A stretch of 64,000 nt of DNA from Balanoglossus misakiensis (taxonomy: Eukaryota; Animalia; Hemichordata). Below are positions 47,801-62,800 of this stretch, in pieces. The position numbers and the translations under genes were made by a program. The stretch is taken from the NCBI GenBank assembly GCA_040954595.2, contig CM082579.2, positions 180,822-244,821 on the forward strand, in the 5' to 3' direction. Numbering within the stretch: position 1 is the stretch's first letter; each line of letters starts with the position of its first letter. The notes under the pieces were generated by a model. That model was not told where the DNA came from. It saw nothing but the letters and a program-made list of their open reading frames with translations, and did not search any database.

Positions 47801-50800
47801 GTTATAGCTCAGGAAAATGGTCAAAAATCGACGATTTTTCGACTTCGGGAATTTTCGAAATTTGGTGATTTTTTGAAAAAAATCATGGGTTATAGCTCAG
47901 GAAAATGGTCAAAAATCGACGATTTTTCGACTTCGGGAATTTTCGAAATTTGGTGATTTTTTGAAAAAAATCATGGGTTATAGCTCAGGAAAATGGTCAA
48001 AAATCGACGATTTTTCGACTTCGGGAATTTTCGAAATTTGGTGATTTTTTGAAAAAAATCATGGGTTATAGCTCAGGAAAATGGTCAAAAATCGACGATT
48101 TTTCGACTTCGGGAATTTTCGAAATTTGGTGATTTATTGAAAAAAATCATGGGTTATAGCTCAGGAAAATGGTCAAAAATCGACGATTTTTCGTCTTCGG
48201 AAATTTTCGAAATTTGGTCATTTTTTGAAAAAAATCATGGGTTATAGCTCAGGAAAATGGTCAAAAATCGACGATTTTTCGACTTCGGGAATTTTCGAAA
48301 TTTGGTCAGTTTTTGAAAAAATCATGGGTTATAGCTCAGGAAAATGGTCAAAAATCGACGATTTTTCGACTTCGGGAATTTTCGAAATTTGGTGATTTTT
48401 TGAAAAAAATCATGGGTTATAGCTCAGGAAAATCGTCAAAAATCGACGATTTTTCGACTTCGGGAATTTTCGAAATTTGGTGATTTTTTGAAAAAATCAT
48501 GGGTTATAGCTCAGGAAAATCGTCAAAAATCGACGATTTTTCGACTTCGGGAATTTTCGAAATTTGGTGATTTTTTGAAAAAATCATGGGTTATAGCTCA
48601 GGAAAATCGTCAAAAATCGACGATTTTTCGACTTCGGGAATTTTCGAAATTTGGTGATTTTTTGAAAAAATCATGGGTTATAGCTCAGGAAAATCGTCAA
48701 AAATCGACGATTTTGCGACCTCGGGAATTTTCGAAATTTGGTGATTTTTTGAAAAAATCATGGGTTATAGCTCAGGAAAATCGTCAAAAATCGACGATTT
48801 TTCGACCTCGGGAATTTTCGAAATTTGGTGATTTTTTGAAAAAATCATGGGTTATAGCTCAGGAAAATCGTCAAAAATCGACGATTTTGCGACCTCGCGA
48901 ATTTTCGAAATTTGGTGATTTTTTGAAAAAATCATGGGTTATAGCTCAGGAAAATCGTCAAAAATCGACGATTTTTCGACCTCGGGAATTTTCGAAATTT
49001 GGTGATTTTTTGAAAAAATCATGGGTTATAGCTCAGGAAAATCGTCAAAAATCGACGATTTTTCGACCTCGGGAATTTTCGAAATTTGGTGATTTTTTGA
49101 AAAAATCATGGGTTATAGCTCAGGAAAATCGTCAAAAACCGACGATTTTTCGACCTCGGGAATTTTCGAAATTTGGTGATTTTTTGAAAAAATCATGGGT
49201 TATAGCTCAGGATAATCGTCAAAAACCGACGATTTTGCGACCTCGGGAATTTTCGAAATTTGGTGATTTTTTGGAAAAATCATGGGTTATAGCTCAGGAA
49301 AATCGTCAAAAATCGACGATTTTGCGACCTCGGGAATTTTCGAAATTTGGTGATTTTTTGGAAAAATCATGGGTTATAGCTCAGGAAAATCGTCAAAAAT
49401 CGACGATTTTGCGACCTCGGGAATTTTCGAAATTTGGTGATTTTTTGAAAAAATCATGGGTTATAGCTCAGGAAAATCGTCAAAAATCGACGATTTTGAG
49501 ACCTCGGGAATTTTCGAAATTTGGTGATTTTTTGAAAAAATCATGGGTTATAGCTCAGGAAAATCGTCAAAAATCGACGATTTTGCGACCTCGGGAATTT
49601 TCGAAATTTGGTGATTTTTTGGAAAAATCATGGGTTATAGCTCAGGAAAATCGTCAAAAATCGACGATTTTGCGACCTCGGGAATTTTCGAAATTTGGTG
49701 ATTTTTTGGAAAAATCATGGGTTATAGCTCAGGAAAATCGTCAAAAATCGACGATTTTGCGACCTCGGGAATTTTCGAAATTTGGTGATTTTTTGGAAAA
49801 ATCATGGGTTATAGCTCAGGAAAATCGTCAAAAATCGACGATTTTGCGACCTCGGTAATTTTCGAAATTTGGTGATTTTTTGGAAAAATCATGGGTTATA
49901 GCTCAGGAAAATCGTCAAAAATCGACGATTTTGCGACCTCGAGAATTTTCGAAATTTGGTGATTTTTTGGAAAAATCATGGGTTATAGCTCAGGAAAATC
50001 GTCAAAAATCGACGATTTTGCGACCTCGGGAATTTTCGAAATTTGGTGATTTTTTGGAAAAATCATGGGTTATAGCTCAGGAAAATCGTCAAAAATCGAC
50101 GATTTTGCGACCTCGGGAATTTTCGAAATTTGGTGATTTTTTGGAAAAATCATGGGTTATAGCTCAGGAAAACCGTCAAAAATCGACGATTTTGCGACCT
50201 CGGGAATTTTCGAAATTTGGTGATTTTTTGGAAAAATCATGGGTTATAGCTCAGGAAAATCGTCAAAAATCGACGATTTTGCGACCTCGGGAATTTTCGA
50301 AATTTGGTGATTTTTTGGAAAAATCATGGGTTATAGCTCAGGAAAATCGTCAAAAATCGACGATTTTGCGACCTCGGGAATTTTCGAAATTTGGTGATTT
50401 TTTGGAAAAATCATGGGTTATAGCTCAGGAAAATCGTCAAAAATCGACGATTTTGCGACCTCGGGAATTTTCGAAATTTGGTGATTTTTTGGAAAAATCA
50501 TGGGTTATAGCTCAGGAAAATCGTCAAAAATCGACGATTTTGCGACCTCGGGAATTTTCGAAATTTGGTGATTTTTTGAAAAAATCATGGGTTATAGCTC
50601 AGGAAAATCGTCAAAAATCGACGATTTTTCGACCTCGGGAATTTTCGAAATTTGGTGATTTTTTGAAAAAATCATGGGTTATAGCTCAGGAAAATCGTCA
50701 AAAATCGACGATTTTGCGACCTCGGGAATTTTCGAAATTTGGTGATTTTTTGAAAAAATCATGGGTTATAGCTCAGGAAAATCGTCAAAAATCGACGATT

Positions 50801-53800
50801 TTGCGACCGCGGGAATTTTCGAAATTTGGTGATTTTTTGAAAAAATCATGGGTTATAGCTCAGGAAAATCGTCAAAAATCGACGATTTTGCGACCTCGGG
50901 AATTTTCGAAATTTGGTGATTTTTTGAAAAAATCATGGGTTATAGCTCAGGAAAATCGTCAAAAATCGACGATTTTGCGACCTCGGGAATTTTCGAAATT
51001 TGGTGATTTTTTGAAAAAATCATGGGTTATAGCTCAGGAAAATCGTCAAAAATCGACGATTTTTCGACCTCGCGAATATTCGAAATTTGGTCATTTTTTG
51101 AAAAAATCATGGGTTATAGCTCAGGAAAATGGTCAAAAATCGACGATTTTTCTACTTCGGGAATTTTCGAAATTTGGTGATTTTTTGAAAAAAATCATGG
51201 GTTATAGCTCAGGAAAATGGTCAAAAATCGACGATTTTTCGACCTCGGGAATTTTCGAAATTTGGTGATTTTTTGAAAAAATCATGGGTTATAGCTCAGG
51301 AAAATCGTCAAAAATCGACGATTTTTCGACCTCGGGAATTTTCGAAATTTGGTGATTTTTTGAAAAAATCATGGGTTATAGCTCAGGAAAATCGTCAAAA
51401 ATCGACGATTTTTCGACCTCGGGAATTTTCGAAATTTGGTGATTTTTTGAAAAAATCATGGGTTATAGCTCAGGAAAATCGTCAAAAATCGACGATTTTG
51501 CGACCTCGGGAATTTTCGAAATTTGGTGATTTTTTGAAAAAATCATGGGTTATAGCTCAGGAAAATCGTCAAAAATCGACGATTTTTCGAACTCGGGAAT
51601 TTTCGAAATTTGGTGATTTTTTGAAAAAATCATGGGTTATAGCTCAGGAAAATCGTCAAAAATCGACGATTTTTCGACCTCGGGAATTTTCGAAATTTGG
51701 TGATTTTTTGAAAAAATCATGGGTTATAGCTCAGGAAAATCGTCAAAAATCGACGATTTTTCGACCTCGGGAATTTTCGAAATTTGGTGATTTTTTGAAA
51801 AAATCATGGGTTATAGCTCAGGAAAATCGTCAAAAATCGACGATTTTTATACCTCGGGAATTTTCGAAATTTGGTGATTTTTTGAAAAAATCATGGGTTA
51901 TAGCTCAGGAAAATGGTCAAAAATCGACGATTTTTCGACTTCGGGAATTTTCGAAATTTGGTGATTTTTTGAAAAAAATCATGGGTTATAGCTCAGGAAA
52001 ATGGTCAAAAATCGACGATTTTTCGACTTCGGGAATTTTCGAAATTTGGTGATTTTTTGAAAAAAATCATGGGTTATAGCTCAGGAAAATGGTCAAAAAT
52101 CGACGATTTTTCGACTTCGGGAATTTTCGAAATTTGGTGATTTTTTGAAAAAAATCATGGGTTATAGCTCAGGAAAATGGTCAAAAATCGACGATTTTTC
52201 GACTTCGGGAATTTTCGAAATTTGGTGATTTTTTGAAAAAAATCATGGGTTATAGCTCAGGAAAATGGTCAAAAATCGACGATTTTTCGACTTCGGGAAT
52301 TTTCGAAATTTGGTGATTTTTTGAAAAAAATCATGGGTTATAGCTCAGGAAAATGGTCAAAAATCGACGATTTTTCGACTTCGGGAATTTTCGAAATTTG
52401 GTGATTTTTTGAAAAAAATCATGGGTTATAGCTCAGGAAAATCGTCAAAAATCGACGATTTTTCGACCTCGGGAATTTTCGAAATTTGGTGATTTTTTGA
52501 AAAAATCATGGGTTATAGCTCAGGAAAATCGTCAAAAATCGACGATTTTTCGACCTCGGGAATTTTCGAAATTTGGTGATTTTTTGAAAAAATCATGGGT
52601 TATAGCTCAGGAAAATCGTCAAAAATCGACGATTTTTCGACCTCGTGAATTTTCGAAATTTGGTGATTTTTTGAAAAAATCATGGGTTATAGCTCAGGAA
52701 AATCGTCAAAAATCGACGATTTTTCGACCTCGGGAATTTTCGAAATTTGGTGATTTTTTGAAAAAATCATGGGTTTTAGCTCAGGAAAATCGTCAAAAAT
52801 CGACGATTTTTCGACCTCGGGAATTTTCGAAATTTGGTGATTTTTTGAAAAAATCATGGGTTATAGCTCAGGAAAATGGTCAAAAATCGACGATTTTTCG
52901 ACCTCGGGAATTTTCGAAATTTGGTGATTTTTTGAAAAAATCATGGGTTATAGCTCAGGAAAATGGTCAAAAATCGACGATTTTTCGACTTCGGGAATTT
53001 TCGAAATTTGGTGATTTTTTGAAAAAAATCATGGGTTATAGCTCAGGAAAATGGTCAAAAATCGACGATTTTTCGACTTCGGGAATTTTCGAAATTTGGT
53101 GATTTTTTGAAAAAATCATGGGTTATAGCTCAGGAAAATGGTCAAAAATCGACGATTTTTCGACTTCGGGAATTTTCGAAATTTGGTGATTTTTTGAAAA
53201 AAATCATGGGTTATAGCTCAGGAAAATGGTCAAAAATCGACGATTTTTCGACTTCGGGAATTTTCGAAATTTGGTGATTTTTTGAAAAAAATCATGGGTT
53301 ATAGCTCAGGAAAATGGTCAAAAATCGACGATTTTTCGACTTCGGGAATTTTCGAAATTTGGTGATTTTTTGAAAAAAATCATGGGTTATAGCTCAGGAA
53401 AATGGTCAAAAATCGACGATTTTTCGACTTCGGGAATTTTCGAAATTTGGTCATTTTTTGAAAAAATCATGGGTTATAGCTCAGGAAAATGGTCAAAAAT
53501 CGACGATTTTTCGACTTCGGGAATTTTCGAAATTTGGTGATTTTTTGAAAAAAATCATGGGTTATAGCTCAGGAAAATGGTCAAAAATCGACGATTTTTC
53601 GACTTCGGGAATTTTCGAAATTTGGTCATTTTTTGAAAAAAATCATGGGTTATAGCTCAGGAAAATGGTCAAAAATCGACGATTTTTCGACTTCGGGAAT
53701 TTTCGAAATTTGGTGATTTTTTGAAAAAATCATGGGTTATAGCTCAGGAAAATGGTCAAAAATCGACGATTTTTCGACTTCGGGAATTTTCGAAATTTGG

Positions 53801-56800
53801 TGATTTTTTGAAAAAATCATGGGTTATAGCTCAGGAAAATCGTCAAAAATCGACGATTTTGCGACCTCGGGAATTTTCGAAATTTGGTGATTTTTTGAAA
53901 AAATCATGGGTTATAGCTCAGGAAAATCGTCAAAAATCGACGATTTTTCGACCTCGGGAATTTTCGAAATTTGGTGATTTTTTGAAAAAATCATGGGTTA
54001 TAGCTCAGGAAAATCGTCAAAAATCGACGATTTTGCGACCTCGGGAATTTTCGAAATTTGGTGATTTTTTGAAAAAATCATGGGTTATAGCTCAGGAAAA
54101 TCGTCAAAAATCGACGATTTTGCGACCTCGGGAATTTTCGAAATTTGGTGATTTTTTGAAAAAATCATGGGTTATAGCTCAGGAAAATCGTCAAAAATCG
54201 ACGATTTTGCGACTTCGGGAATTTTCGAAATTTGGTGATTTTTTGAAAAAATCATGGGTTATAGCTCAGGAAAATCGTCAAAAATCGACGATTTTGCGAC
54301 CTCGCGAATTTTCGAAATTTGGTGATTTTTTGAAAAAATCATGGGTTATAGCTCAGGAAAATCGTCAAAAATCGACGATTTTTCGACTTCGGGAATTTTC
54401 GAAATTTGGTGATTTTTTGAAAAAATCATGGGTTATAGCTCAGGAAAATCGTCAAAAATCGACGATTTTGCGACTTCGGGAATTTTCGAAATTTGGTGAT
54501 TTTTTGGAAAAAATCATGGGTTATAGCTCAGGAAAATCGTCAAAAATCGACGATTTTGCGACTTCGGGAATTTTCGAAATTTGGTGATTTTTTGAAAAAA
54601 TCATGGGTTATAGCTCAGGAAAATCGTCAAAAATCGACGATTTTGCGACTTCGGGAATTTTCGAAATTTGGTGATTTTTTGAAAAATCATGGGTTATAGC
54701 TCAGGAAAATCGTCAAAAATCGACGATTTTGCGACCTCGGGAATTTTCGAAATTTGGTGATTTTTTGAAAAAATCATGGGTTATAGCTCAGGAAAATCGT
54801 CAAAAATCGACGATTTTGCGACCTCGGGAATTTTCGAAATTTGGTGATTTTTTGAAAAATCATGGGTTATAGCTCAGGAAAATCGTCAAAAATCGACGAT
54901 TTTGCGACCTCGGGAATTTTCGAAATTTGGTGATTTTTTGGAAAAAATCATGGGTTATAGCTCAGGAAAATCGTCAAAAATCGACGATTTTGCGACCTCG
55001 GGAATTTTCGAAATTTGGTGATTTTTTGGAAAAATCATGGGTTATAGCTCAGGAAAATCGTCAAAAATCGACGATTTTGCGACCTCGGGAATTTTCGAAA
55101 TTTGGTGATTTTTTGGAAAAATCATGGGTTATAGCTCAGGAAAATCGTCAAAAATCGACGATTTTGCGACCTCGGGAATTTTCGAAATTTGGTGATTTTT
55201 TGGAAAAATCATGGGTTATAGCTCAGGAAAATCGTCAAAAATCGACGATTTTGCGACCTCGGGAATTTTCGAAATTTGGTGATTTTTTGAAAAATCATGG
55301 GTTATAGCTCAGGAAAATCGTCAAAAATCGACGATTTTGCGACCTCGGGAATTTTCGAAATTTGGTGATTTTTTGGAAAAATCATGGGTTATAGCTCAGG
55401 AAAATCGTCAAAAATCGACGATTTTGCGACCTCGGGAATTTTCGAAATTTGGTGATTTTTTGAAAAAATCATGGGTTATAGCTCAGGAAAATCGTCAAAA
55501 ATCGACGATTTTGCGACCTCGGGAATTTTCGAAATTTGGTGATTTTTTGAAAAAATCATGGGTTATAGCTCAGGAAAATCGTCAAAAATCGACGATTTTG
55601 CGACCTCGGGAATTTTCGAAATTTGGTGATTTTTTGAAAAAATCATGGGTTATAGCTCAGGAAAATCGTCAAAAATCGACGATTTTGCGACCTCGGGAAT
55701 TTTCGAAATTTGGTGATTTTTTGAAAAAATCATGGGTTATAGCTCAGGAAAATCGTCAAAAATCGACGATTTTGCGACCTCGGGAATTTTCGAAATTTGG
55801 TGATTTTTTGAAAAAATCATGGGTTATAGCTCAGGAAAATCGTCAAAAATCGACGATTTTGCGACCTCGGGAATTTTCGAAATTTGGTGATTTTTTGAAA
55901 AAATCATGGGTTATAGCTCAGGAAAATCGTCAAAAATCGACGATTTTGCGACCTCGGGAATTTTCGAAATTTGGTGATTTTTTGGAAAAATCATGGGTTA
56001 TAGCTCAGGAAAATCGTCAAAAATCGACGATTTTGCGACCTCGGGAATTTTCGAAATTTGGTGATTTTTTGAAAAAATCATGGGTTATAGCTCAGGAAAA
56101 TCGTCAAAAATCGACGATTTTGCGACCTCGGGAATTTTCGAAATTTGGTGATTTTTTGAAAAATCATGGGTTATAGCTCAGGAAAATCGTCAAAAATCGA
56201 CGATTTTGCGACCTCGGGAATTTTCGAAATTTGGTGATTTTTTGAAAAAATCATGGGTTATAGCTCAGGAAAATCGTCAAAAATCGACGATTTTGCGACC
56301 TCGGGAATTTTCGAAATTTGGTGATTTTTTGAAAAAATCATGGGTTATAGCTCAGGAAAATCGTCAAAAATCGACGATTTTGCGACCTCGGGAATTTTCG
56401 AAATTTGGTGATTTTTTGAAAAAATCATGGGTTATAGCTCAGGAAAATCGTCAAAAATCGACGATTTTGCGACCTCGGGAATTTTCGAAATTTGGTGATT
56501 TTTTGAAAAAATCATGGGTTATAGCTCAGGAAAATCGTCAAAAATCGACGATTTTGCGACCTCGGGAATTTTCGAAATTTGGTGATTTTTTGAAAAAATC
56601 ATGGGTTATAGCTCAGGAAAATCGTCAAAAATCGACGATTTTGCGACCTCGGGAATTTTCGAAATTTGGTGATTTTTTGAAAAAATCATGGGTTATAGCT
56701 CAGGAAAATCGTCAAAAATCGACGATTTTGCGACCTCGGGAATTTTCGAAATTTGGTGATTTTTTGAAAAAATCATGGGTTATAGCTCAGGAAAATCGTC

Positions 56801-59800
56801 AAAAATCGACGATTTTGCGACCTCGGGAATTTTCGAAATTTGGTGATTTTTTGAAAAATCATGGGTTATAGCTCAGGAAAATCGTCAAAAATCGACGATT
56901 TTGCGACCTCGGGAATTTTCGAAATTTGGTGATTTTTTGGAAAAAATCATGGGTTATAGCTCAGGAAAATCGTCAAAAATCGACGATTTTGCGACCTCGG
57001 GAATTTTCGAAATTTGGTGATTTTTTGAAAAAATCATGGGTTATAGCTCAGGAAAATCGTCAAAAATCGACGATTTTGCGACTTCGGGAATTTTCGAAAT
57101 TTGGTGATTTTTTGAAAAAATCATGGGTTATAGCTCAGGAAAATCGTCAAAAATCGACGATTTTGCGACTTCGGGAATTTTCGAAATTTGGTGATTTTTT
57201 GAAAAAATCATGGGTTATAGCTCAGGAAAATCGTCAAAAATCGACGATTTTGCGACCTCGGGAATTTTCGAAATTTGGTGATTTTTTGAAAAAATCATGG
57301 GTTATAGCTCAGGAAAATCGTCAAAAATCGACGATTTTGCGACCTCGGGAATTTTCGAAATTTGGTGATTTTTTGAAAAAATCATGGGTTATAGCTCAGG
57401 AAAATCGTCAAAAATCGACGATTTTGCGACCTCGGGAATTTTCGAAATTTGGTGATTTTTTGAAAAAATCATGGGTTATAGCTCAGGAAAATCGTCAAAA
57501 ATCGACGATTTTGCGACCTCGGGAATTTTCGAAATTTGGTGATTTTTTGAAAAAATCATGGGTTATAGCTCAGGAAAATCGTCAAAAATCGACGATTTTG
57601 CGACCTCGGGAATTTTCGAAATTTGGTGATTTTTTGAAAAAATCATGGGTTATAGCTCAGGAAAATCGTCAAAAATCGACGATTTTGCGACCTCGGGAAT
57701 TTTCGAAATTTGGTGATTTTTTGAAAAAATCATGGGTTATAGCTCAGGAAAATCGTCAAAAATCGACGATTTTGCGACTTCGGGAATTTTCGAAATTTGG
57801 TGATTTTTTGAAAAAATCATGGGTTATAGCTCAGGAAAATCGTCAAAAATCGACGATTTTGCGACTTCGGGAATTTTCGAAATTTGGTGATTTTTTGAAA
57901 AAATCATGGGTTATAGCTCAGGAAAATCGTCAAAAATCGACGATTTTGCGACTTCGGGAATTTTCGAAATTTGGTGATTTTTTGAAAAAATCATGGGTTA
58001 TAGCTCAGGAAAATCGTCAAAAATCGACGATTTTGCGACTTCGGGAATTTTCGAAATTTGGTGATTTTTTGAAAAAATCATGGGTTATAGCTCAGGAAAA
58101 TCGTCAAAAATCGACGATTTTGCGACTTCGGGAATTTTCGAAATTTGGTGATTTTTTGAAAAAATCATGGGTTATAGCTCAGGAAAATCGTCAAAAATCG
58201 ACGATTTTGCGACTTCGGGAATTTTCGAAATTTGGTGATTTTTTGAAAAAATCATGGGTTATAGCTCAGGAAAATCGTCAAAAATCGACGATTTTGCGAC
58301 TTCGGGAATTTTCGAAATTTGGTGATTTTTTGAAAAAATCATGGGTTATAGCTCAGGAAAATCGTCAAAAATCGACGATTTTGCGACTTCGGGAATTTTC
58401 GAAATTTGGTGATTTTTTGAAAAAATCATGGGTTATAGCTCAGGAAAATCGTCAAAAATCGACGATTTTGCGACTTCGGGAATTTTCGAAATTTGGTGAT
58501 TTTTTGAAAAAATCATGGGTTATAGCTCAGGAAAATCGTCAAAAATCGACGATTTTGCGACTTCGGGAATTTTCGAAATTTGGTGATTTTTTTGAAAAAA
58601 TCATGGGTTATAGCTCAGGAAAATCGTCAAAAATCGACGATTTTGCGACTTCGGGAATTTTCGAAATTTGGTGATTTTTTGAAAAAATCATGGGTTATAG
58701 CTCAGGAAAATCGTCAAAAATCGACGATTTTGCGACTTCGGGAATTTTCGAAATTTGGTGATTTTTTGAAAAAATCATGGGTTATAGCTCAGGAAAATCG
58801 TCAAAAATCGACGATTTTGCGACTTCGGGAATTTTCGAAATTTGGTGATTTTTTGAAAAAATCATGGGTTATAGCTCAGGAAAATCGTCAAAAATCGACG
58901 ATTTTGCGACTTCGGGAATTTTCGAAATTTGGTGATTTTTTGAAAAAATCATGGGTTATAGCTCAGGAAAATCGTCAAAAATCGACGATTTTGCGACTTC
59001 GGGAATTTTCGAAATTTGGTGATTTTTTGAAAAAATCATGGGTTATAGCTCAGGAAAATCGTCAAAAATCGACGATTTTGCGACTTCGGGAATTTTCGAA
59101 ATTTGGTGATTTTTTGAAAAAATCATGGGTTATAGCTCAGGAAAATCGTCAAAAATCGACGATTTTGCGACTTCGGGAATTTTCGAAATTTGGTGATTTT
59201 TTGAAAAAATCATGGGTTATAGCTCAGGAAAATCGTCAAAAATCGACGATTTTGCGACTTCGGGAATTTTCGAAATTTGGTGATTTTTTGAAAAAATCAT
59301 GGGTTATAGCTCAGGAAAATCGTCAAAAATCGACGATTTTGCGACTTCGGGAATTTTCGAAATTTGGTGATTTTTTGAAAAAATCATGGGTTATAGCTCA
59401 GGAAAATCGTCAAAAATCGACGATTTTGCGACTTCGGGAATTTTCGAAATTTGGTGATTTTTTGAAAAAATCATGGGTTATAGCTCAGGAAAATCGTCAA
59501 AAATCGACGATTTTGCGACTTCGGGAATTTTCGAAATTTGGTGATTTTTTGAAAAAATCATGGGTTATAGCTCAGGAAAATCGTCAAAAATCGACGATTT
59601 TGCGACTTCGGGAATTTTCGAAATTTGGTGATTTTTTGAAAAAATCATGGGTTATAGCTCAGGAAAATCGTCAAAAATCGACGATTTTGCGACTTCGGGA
59701 ATTTTCGAAATTTGGTGATTTTTTGAAAAAATCATGGGTTATAGCTCAGGAAAATCGTCAAAAATCGACGATTTTGCGACTTCGGGAATTTTCGAAATTT

Positions 59801-62800
59801 GGTGATTTTTTGAAAAAATCATGGGTTATAGCTCAGGAAAATCGTCAAAAATCGACGATTTTGCGACTTCGGGAATTTTCGAAATTTGGTGATTTTTTGA
59901 AAAAATCATGGGTTATAGCTCAGGAAAATCGTCAAAAATCGACGATTTTGCGACTTCGGGAATTTTCGAAATTTGGTGATTTTTTGAAAAAATCATGGGT
60001 TATAGCTCAGGAAAATCGTCAAAAATCGACGATTTTGCGACTTCGGGAATTTTCGAAATTTGGTGATTTTTTGAAAAAATCATGGGTTATAGCTCAGGAA
60101 AATCGTCAAAAATCGACGATTTTGCGACTTCGGGAATTTTCGAAATTTGGTGATTTTTTGAAAAAATCATGGGTTATAGCTCAGGAAAATCGTCAAAAAT
60201 CGACGATTTTGCGACTTCGGGAATTTTCGAAATTTGGTGATTTTTTGAAAAAATCATGGGTTATAGCTCAGGAAAATCGTCAAAAATCGACGATTTTGCG
60301 ACTTCGGGAATTTTCGAAATTTGGTGATTTTTTGAAAAAATCATGGGTTATAGCTCAGGAAAATCGTCAAAAATCGACGATTTTGCGACTTCGGGAATTT
60401 TCGAAATTTGGTGATTTTTTGAAAAAATCATGGGTTATAGCTCAGGAAAATCGTCAAAAATCGACGATTTTGCGACTTCGGGAATTTTCGAAATTTGGTG
60501 ATTTTTTGAAAAAATCATGGGTTATAGCTCAGGAAAATCGTCAAAAATCGACGATTTTGCGACTTCGGGAATTTTCGAAATTTGGTGATTTTTTGAAAAA
60601 ATCATGGGTTATAGCTCAGGAAAATCGTCAAAAATCGACGATTTTGCGACTTCGGGAATTTTCGAAATTTGGTGATTTTTTGAAAAAATCATGGGTTATA
60701 GCTCAGGAAAATCGTCAAAAATCGACGATTTTGCGACTTCGGGAATTTTCGAAATTTGGTGATTTTTTGAAAAAATCATGGGTTATAGCTCAGGAAAATC
60801 GTCAAAAATCGACGATTTTGCGACTTCGGGAATTTTCGAAATTTGGTGATTTTTTGAAAAAATCATGGGTTATAGCTCAGGAAAATCGTCAAAAATCGAC
60901 GATTTTGCGACTTCGGGAATTTTCGAAATTTGGTGATTTTTTGAAAAAATCATGGGTTATAGCTCAGGAAAATCGTCAAAAATCGACGATTTTGCGACTT
61001 CGGGAATTTTCGAAATTTGGTGATTTTTTGAAAAAATCATGGGTTATAGCTCAGGAAAATCGTCAAAAATCGACGATTTTGCGACTTCGGGAATTTTCGA
61101 AATTTGGTGATTTTTTGAAAAAATCATGGGTTATAGCTCAGGAAAATCGTCAAAAATCGACGATTTTGCGACTTCGGGAATTTTCGAAATTTGGTGATTT
61201 TTTGAAAAAATCATGGGTTATAGCTCAGGAAAATCGTCAAAAATCGACGATTTTGCGACTTCGGGAATTTTCGAAATTTGGTGATTTTTTGAAAAAATCA
61301 TGGGTTATAGCTCAGGAAAATCGTCAAAAATCGACGATTTTGCGACTTCGGGAATTTTCGAAATTTGGTGATTTTTTGAAAAAATCATGGGTTATAGCTC
61401 AGGAAAATCGTCAAAAATCGACGATTTTGCGACTTCGGGAATTTTCGAAATTTGGTGATTTTTGAAAAAATCATGGGTTATAGCTCAGGAAAATCGTCAA
61501 AAATCGACGATTTTGCGACTTCGGGAATTTTCGAAATTTGGTGATTTTTTGAAAAAATCATGGGTTATAGCTCAGGAAAATCGTCAAAAATCGACGATTT
61601 TGCGACTTCGGGAATTTTCGAAATTTGGTGATTTTTTGAAAAAATCATGGGTTATAGCTCAGGAAAATCGTCAAAAATCGACGATTTTGCGACTTCGGGA
61701 ATTTTCGAAATTTGGTGATTTTTTGAAAAAATCATGGGTTATAGCTCAGGAAAATCGTCAAAAATCGACGATTTTGCGACTTCGGGAATTTTCGAAATTT
61801 GGTGATTTTTTGAAAAAATCATGGGTTATAGCTCAGGAAAATCGTCAAAAATCGACGATTTTGCGATTTCGGGATTTCGGGAAATTTTCGAAATTTGGTG
61901 ATTTTTTGAAAAAATCATGGGTTATAGCTCAGGAAAATCGTCAAAAATCGACGATTTTGCGACTTCGGGAATTTTCGAAATTTGGTGATTTTTTGAAAAA
62001 ATCATGGGTTATAGCTCAGGAAAATCGTCAAAAATCGACGATTTTGCGACTTCGGGAATTTTCGAAATTTGGTGATTTTTTGAAAAAATCGTGGGTTATA
62101 GCTCAGGAAAATCGTCAAAAATCGACGATTTTGCGACTTCGGGAATTTTCGAAATTTGGTGATTTTTTGAAAAAATCGTGGGTTATAGCTCAGGAAAATC
62201 GTCAAAAATCGACGATTTTGCGACTTCGGGAATTTTCGAAATTTGGTGATTTTTTGAAAAAATCATGGGTTATAGCTCAGGAAAATCGTCAAAAATCGAC
62301 GATTTTGCGACTTCGGGAATTTTCGAAATTTGGTGATTTTTTGAAAAAATCATGGGTTATAGCTCAGGAAAATCGTCAAAAATCGACGATTTTGCGACTT
62401 CGGGAATTTTCGAAATTTGGTGATTTTTTGAAAAAATCATGGGTTATAGCTCAGGAAAATCGTCAAAAATCGACGATTTTGCGACTTCGGGAATTTTCGA
62501 AATTTGGTGATTTTTTGAAAAAATCATGGGTTATAGCTCAGGAAAATCGTCAAAAATCGACGATTTTGCGACTTCGGGAATTTTCGAAATTTGGTGATTT
62601 TTTTGAAAAAATCATGGGTTATAGCTCAGGAAAATCGTCAAAAATCGACGATTTTGCGACTTCGGGAATTTTCGAAATTTGGTGATTTTTTGAAAAAATC
62701 ATGGGTTATAGCTCAGGAAAATCGTCAAAAATCGACGATTTTGCGACTTCGGGAATTTTCGAAATTTGGTGATTTTTTGAAAAAATCATGGGTTATAGCT

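Noticed and set aside
61861-61890. 9-nt insertion and scattered single-base homopolymer indels in the homogeneous zone
   Set aside because: Isolated events consistent with slippage or long-read consensus error; not interpretable without reads.
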